Shown here: positions 57,590 to 61,337 of the stretch, in pieces
Layout: every line of letters begins with the position of its first letter
Numbering within the stretch: position 1 is the first letter of the stretch
From: Terriglobales bacterium
GTDB lineage: Bacteria > Acidobacteriota > Terriglobia > Terriglobales > SCQP01
NCBI GenBank assembly: GCA_036561225.1
Contig: DATBPS010000143.1
Coordinates: 1-61,337, forward strand
DNA length: 61,337 nt
Reading direction: 5' to 3'
Translations under genes and position numbers: made by a program
Notes under the pieces: model-generated
Told to the model about the DNA's origin: nothing
The model's database searches: none
Seen by the model: the letters and a program-made list of their open reading frames with translations, nothing else

Positions 57590-59032
57590 ATGCAGCCGGC
57601 TTCGGGCAGCGCCCTCGACTCGAACCCTCACGGCTTGGTGCGAGCCATGGGCCTGTGGGACGTCATTCTCTTCAATATCGCCGCCGTGCTGGGCCCGCGC
57701 TGGGTGGCCACCGCCGCCCACACCGGGCCCAGCTCGATCAGCCTGTGGATCACCGCCGCGCTGCTTTTCTTTTTGCCGACGGCGCTGGTGATCACCGAGT
57801 TGGCGACGCGCTATCCGCACGTGGGCGGCATCTACGCCTGGACGCATGAAGCCTATGGGCCCTTCCACGGTTTCGTGTCCGGCTGGACGTACTGGACCTA
57901 CAGCATCGTCTACTTTCCAGCGTTGCTGAACGCCAGCGTGGCCATGTCGGCCTATATGGGCGGACCGAAGTTTGCGGTACTGGCCACCAACAAGGCGTTC
58001 GTGATGGTGGGCTCGCTGGCCATTTTGGCGCTGGCCATCTGGATGAACATCGTCGGGGTGCGCATCGGCAAGTGGCTGGAGAACGCCGGCGCCATCGGGA
58101 CTTATGTACCGCTGGCGCTGCTGGTGCTGTTCGGCGCCTGGTACGCGGTGCGCTTCGGGTCGGTGACGCACCTGACCGCCAGCTCGATGAGCCTGAAGGT
58201 CAACTGGAGCACCATCAATTACTGGTCTTCAATCGCCTTCGCCTTTGCCGGATTGGAGGTGGTGTGCTTCATGAGCGAAGAGGTGAAGAACCCGCAGAAG
58301 ACGCTCAAGCGCGGCATCTTCATCGCCGCCGCCGCCATTGTCGCCATGTACGTGCTGGGGACCATGGGGACGCTGGCGATTTTGCACCCGGGGCAAGTGG
58401 ACCTGCGCGCCGGGGCGATTCAGGCGCTGACCTCGGCGGCGGGAGTGGCGGGGCTGGCGTGGGTGGCGATCATCGTGGCGGTGCTGCTGTGTGTCGGAAA
58501 CATTGGCGGGGTAGGGACGACGGTGGCGGGGGTGGCGCGGGTGCCGTTCGCGGCCGGCATTGATCGCTATCTGCCCAAGGCTTTCGGGAAGATTCACCCC
58601 AAATGGCGGACGCCCTACGTGGCCATGCTGGTGCAGGGCGGAGCGGCGGCGATACTGCTGATCGTCAGCCAGATCGGCGGCGCCGATGCCACCAGCGCCT
58701 ACCAGTTGCTGGTGGATGCCACCAACGTGATGTACTTCATTGCGTTCGTCTACATGTTCCTGTCGGTGATCCGGCTGCGCAAGCGGCCGGATCGCGGCAC
58801 CCAGCCCGGACACGCGCTCATTCCGCTGGGCCGCTTCGGCCTGTGGGCCTGCGGCGTGCTGGGGCTGGTGATTACGCTGCTGGCCATCGCCATCTCGCTG
58901 ATCCCGCCCCAGGACCTGCAAGGCTCACCGGTGGCGTTCGAGATCAAGCTGGTGGGCATCTGCGCCGTGCTCATCCTCACCGGCCTGGTGCTGTACTGGC
59001 GCAAGAACAAGCGCGGTCCGGTCAGCGCCTGA
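57590..59032 (+). CDS. APC superfamily amino acid permease
   Basis: 480 aa with about 12 TM helices, and an N-terminal LWDVILFNIAAVLGPRW pattern. Confidence 0.9.
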   Translation: MQPASGSALDSNPHGLVRAMGLWDVILFNIAAVLGPRWVATAAHTGPSSISLWITAALLFFLPTALVITELATRYPHVGGIYAWTHEAYGPFHGFVSGWTYWTYSIVYFPALLNASVAMSAYMGGPKFAVLATNKAFVMVGSLAILALAIWMNIVGVRIGKWLENAGAIGTYVPLALLVLFGAWYAVRFGSVTHLTASSMSLKVNWSTINYWSSIAFAFAGLEVVCFMSEEVKNPQKTLKRGIFIAAAAIVAMYVLGTMGTLAILHPGQVDLRAGAIQALTSAAGVAGLAWVAIIVAVLLCVGNIGGVGTTVAGVARVPFAAGIDRYLPKAFGKIHPKWRTPYVAMLVQGGAAAILLIVSQIGGADATSAYQLLVDATNVMYFIAFVYMFLSVIRLRKRPDRGTQPGHALIPLGRFGLWACGVLGLVITLLAIAISLIPPQDLQGSPVAFEIKLVGICAVLILTGLVLYWRKNKRGPVSA

Positions 59033-59051
59033 TTGAGAACTGACGCGACGC

Positions 59052-60389
59052 TCAGCCCGCCAGCACGTGCCAGGCGATGGCGAGGGAACTGGGCAGGGCG
59101 TAGAGGTCGGCTGCGATGATGAGGGCGGCGCAGCTCCAGCCCAGGGTGCTCATCGCCCAGCCGCTCTTCCAGGCGCCGAGATGGCGGCGCGAGGTGGTGA
59201 AGTGGAGCAGCGGCACCATGGCAAAGGGCAACTGCAGGGCCAGCACCACCTGGCTGAGGGTCAGCAGGTCGGTCACGCTGGCGTCGCCGCGCAAGCCAAT
59301 GAACAGCACCGCCGGGATAATGGCCGCCAGACGGGTGATGAGGCGGCGCAGCCAGGGGGCGATGTGCCAGTGCAGGAAACCTTCCATTACCACCTGCCCG
59401 GCCAGCGTGCCGGTGATGGTGCTGCTCTGGCCACTGGCCAGCAGGGCTATGGCGAAGAGGATGCCGGCCGCACCGGCGCCCAACAGCGGCGCCAGGGTGA
59501 AGAAGGCGACGCGGATCCAGTCGGTGTCGGGAGCATAGCCCGGGCGTCCGTAGAAGACCATGGCCGCCAGCACCAAAATCGCGGCGTTGATGAGGAAAGC
59601 CAGCGACAGCGCCACAACGGAATCGAGCACGTTGTAGCGCAGGGCGCGGCGCAAGCCGGATTCGGTGCGCTCCACCTTGCGGCTTTGCACCAGCGCCGAG
59701 TGGAGATACAGGTTGTGGGGCATCACGGTGGCGCCGATGATGCCGATCGCCAGGTAGGCCATGCCCGCGCCCGCCAGGCTGGGATGGGCCAGGGCATGAA
59801 CCATGGCGCCGAAGTCGGGGTGGGTGGTGGGGAGGATGAAGATTTCGATGAAGTAGCAGACGCCGATGGTGGCGGCCAGCAGAAACACCACCGCCTCGAT
59901 GGTGCGGACGCCGAAGCGTTGCAGCATGAGCAGCAGCAGCACGTCCACGCCGGTGATCAGCACCGCCCACAAAAGCGGGATGTGGAACAGGAGGTTGAGC
60001 GCCACGGCGCTGCCCAACACCTCGGCCAGATCGCAGGCGGCGATGGCCAGCTCGCTGAACAGCCAGTTGGGCCAGCGCGTCCAGCGCGGATAGCGTTCGC
60101 GGCACATCTGCGCCAGGTCTTTGCCGGTGGCGATGCCCAGGCGGGCGGCGGCGATCTGCAGAATGACCGCCATGAAGCTGGCCAGCGCCACCACCCAGAG
60201 CAGATGGTACTGGAACTGCGCGCCCGCCTGCAGGTCGGTACCCCAGTTGCCGGGGTCCATGTACCCCACGCTCACCAGCACCGCCGGACCGACGAAGGCC
60301 CGCCAGTGCCGCCAAAAGCCCGCGCCCGAGGGCGGCACCTTGACGGTGCCGTGCATGCCCTCCAGCGAAAGCTGGCTCGTCTCGCTCAT
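59052..60389 (-). CDS. mntH: Nramp family divalent metal (Mn2+) transporter
   Basis: VSVGYMDPGNWGTDLQAG (DPGN motif) and ATVMPHNLYLHSALV. Confidence 0.95.
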   Translation of the reverse strand: MSETSQLSLEGMHGTVKVPPSGAGFWRHWRAFVGPAVLVSVGYMDPGNWGTDLQAGAQFQYHLLWVVALASFMAVILQIAAARLGIATGKDLAQMCRERYPRWTRWPNWLFSELAIAACDLAEVLGSAVALNLLFHIPLLWAVLITGVDVLLLLMLQRFGVRTIEAVVFLLAATIGVCYFIEIFILPTTHPDFGAMVHALAHPSLAGAGMAYLAIGIIGATVMPHNLYLHSALVQSRKVERTESGLRRALRYNVLDSVVALSLAFLINAAILVLAAMVFYGRPGYAPDTDWIRVAFFTLAPLLGAGAAGILFAIALLASGQSSTITGTLAGQVVMEGFLHWHIAPWLRRLITRLAAIIPAVLFIGLRGDASVTDLLTLSQVVLALQLPFAMVPLLHFTTSRRHLGAWKSGWAMSTLGWSCAALIIAADLYALPSSLAIAWHVLAG

Positions 60390-60399
60390 TCAGCATTTA

Positions 60400-60417
60400 T
60401 GTTAACTGTGGTTAACA
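60400..60417. promoter_or_regulatory. candidate MntR/DtxR-type operator: inverted repeat TGTTAAC-N4-GTTAACA
   Basis: An 18-bp element lies about 11 nt upstream of the mntH ATG, in the mntH/mntR divergent spacer. The region is AT-rich relative to its surroundings. Confidence 0.5.
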
Positions 60418-60512
60418 AGAATCTGCAAGCTGTAGATGATACAATCTTGCCGATGCCGCTTATCTACTTTGGTTGCCACAGGTTGCCAACCGCGTCCATC
60501 ATGGAATAAAGC

Positions 60513-61178
60513 ATGGAGCTGACGGTTTCCAAGGAGGACTACCTCAAGGCCATCGCCGAGGCGGAGGCCGAGGAGGGGCGGGTGATTGCCGCCACGCTGG
60601 GGCGATGGCTGAAAGTCAGCGCGCCGGCGGTGGCGCTGGCGCTGCGGCGGCTAAAGCGCGATCGGCTGGTGTGGGTGGATGCGCGCGGCCGGATCCTGCT
60701 GACCAAGGCGGGGCGGCAGGTGGCGGATAAGCTACGGCTGCGCCATCACCTGATCGAGCGCATGCTGCATGAGACGCTCGGCCTCGAATGGTTCAAGGTA
60801 CACGAGGAGGCCGAGCGGCTGGAGCATTCCATCTCCGAGGAGGTGGAGCGGAAGCTGATCGAAAAGCTGGGCCCGGCGGGGCTTTGCCCCCACGGCAACC
60901 CCATCCAGAAGGGGGCGGCCGAGCGGCGCAAGGCGGGATTGACGCCGCTGGCGGAGGCGGAAGAGGGGGTGGACCTGCGGGTGGCGGGGATGCAGGAGCG
61001 GGATCAGAAGCTGCTGGAATACTTCGATCAGCTGGGCCTGCGGCCGGGCGCGGTTTGCGAGGTGGCGGGCCGCAACTACGACGGCACGCTCAGCCTGCGG
61101 GTGGGCGGCCACGCCGTCACCCTGGCCGCGGCAGCCGCGGCCCAAATCTGGGTGGCCGCCACCCCGGAGGTTCGGTGA
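60513..61178 (+). CDS. mntR: DtxR/MntR family metal-dependent transcriptional regulator with C-terminal FeoA/SH3-like domain
   Basis: EDYLKAI... N-terminal wHTH, HLIERMLHETLGLEWFKVHEEAERLEHSIS metal-site helix, and a C-terminal FeoA-like domain. Confidence 0.92.
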   Translation: MELTVSKEDYLKAIAEAEAEEGRVIAATLGRWLKVSAPAVALALRRLKRDRLVWVDARGRILLTKAGRQVADKLRLRHHLIERMLHETLGLEWFKVHEEAERLEHSISEEVERKLIEKLGPAGLCPHGNPIQKGAAERRKAGLTPLAEAEEGVDLRVAGMQERDQKLLEYFDQLGLRPGAVCEVAGRNYDGTLSLRVGGHAVTLAAAAAAQIWVAATPEVR

Positions 61179-61241
61179 AAGCGGGGTGGCCAGCGAAGCT
61201 GGCCGAGGCCCCCGCGCCCATAAAAGCTTAAAATGTAAGAG

Positions 61242-61337
61242 ATGCCTTTTCTGGCTGCAGCGGGTTGCGATCTGGAGAACTATCTCCGCTACCCCGACCA
61301 TGCGCTCGATGGCCGTATCGCCGAGTTGCGGGCGCAG
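61242..61337 (+). CDS. 5' fragment of an unidentified gene (32 codons, open to the window edge)
   Basis: ATG at 61242 reads MPFLAAAGCDLENYLRYPDHALDGRIAELRAQ. This is too short to assign. Confidence 0.25.
   Translation, partial: MPFLAAAGCDLENYLRYPDHALDGRIAELRAQ

Noticed and set aside
58750-60509. 548-aa minus-strand ORF and 480-aa plus-strand ORF overlapping mntH
   Set aside because: The Nramp frame (59052..60389) carries the DPGN and MPH signatures. The others are alternate-frame or antisense artefacts rich in R/P/G.

Overview
This is a high-GC bacterial chromosomal segment. Third codon positions are almost all G/C, so both strands carry many long shadow ORFs. I count about 62 credible protein genes, tightly packed, often with 1-4 nt stop/start overlaps. 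I saw no rRNA, tRNA, CRISPR array, transposase, integrase or phage genes. There are two copies of the large duplicated FtsX/MacB-like orphan permease (ADOP type), one translationally coupled to a PadR regulator; this points to Acidobacteriota. Most content is core: pyrC (partial), yebC, efp, pckA, ribA, purC, a fused tal-pgi + zwf + opcA + rpe operon, carD, greA, valS, mnmE, recA, apt, hbd + thiolase, and mntH/mntR. I found no clear-cut new defence or mobile system. The candidates most worth follow-up are: (1) an HPF/RaiA-like domain fused to a sigma-70-like module (14624..15628); (2) an outer-membrane barrel + periplasmic binding-protein-like + HAMP adenylate cyclase operon, divergent from a GAF-PP2C phosphatase (46922..51635); (3) a translationally coupled CmoB-like methyltransferase + B12-binding radical SAM pair (42424..44477); (4) an E1-like ThiF-rhodanese + JAMM pair with no ubiquitin-like partner (7148..9563); (5) a stand-alone LysW-like zinc ribbon with a roughly 50-residue polyacidic tail (3664..3960); (6) four intergenic arrays of tandem heptanucleotide repeats at gene 3' ends. 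Two of these arrays are (CCCCTRA)n, which supply the stop codon of the upstream gene, close all three frames, and form G-quadruplex motifs on the opposite strand. Internal start codons were placed by counting residues in the supplied ORF track. Repeat and hairpin coordinates were read off the sequence lines and may be off by 1-2 nt.
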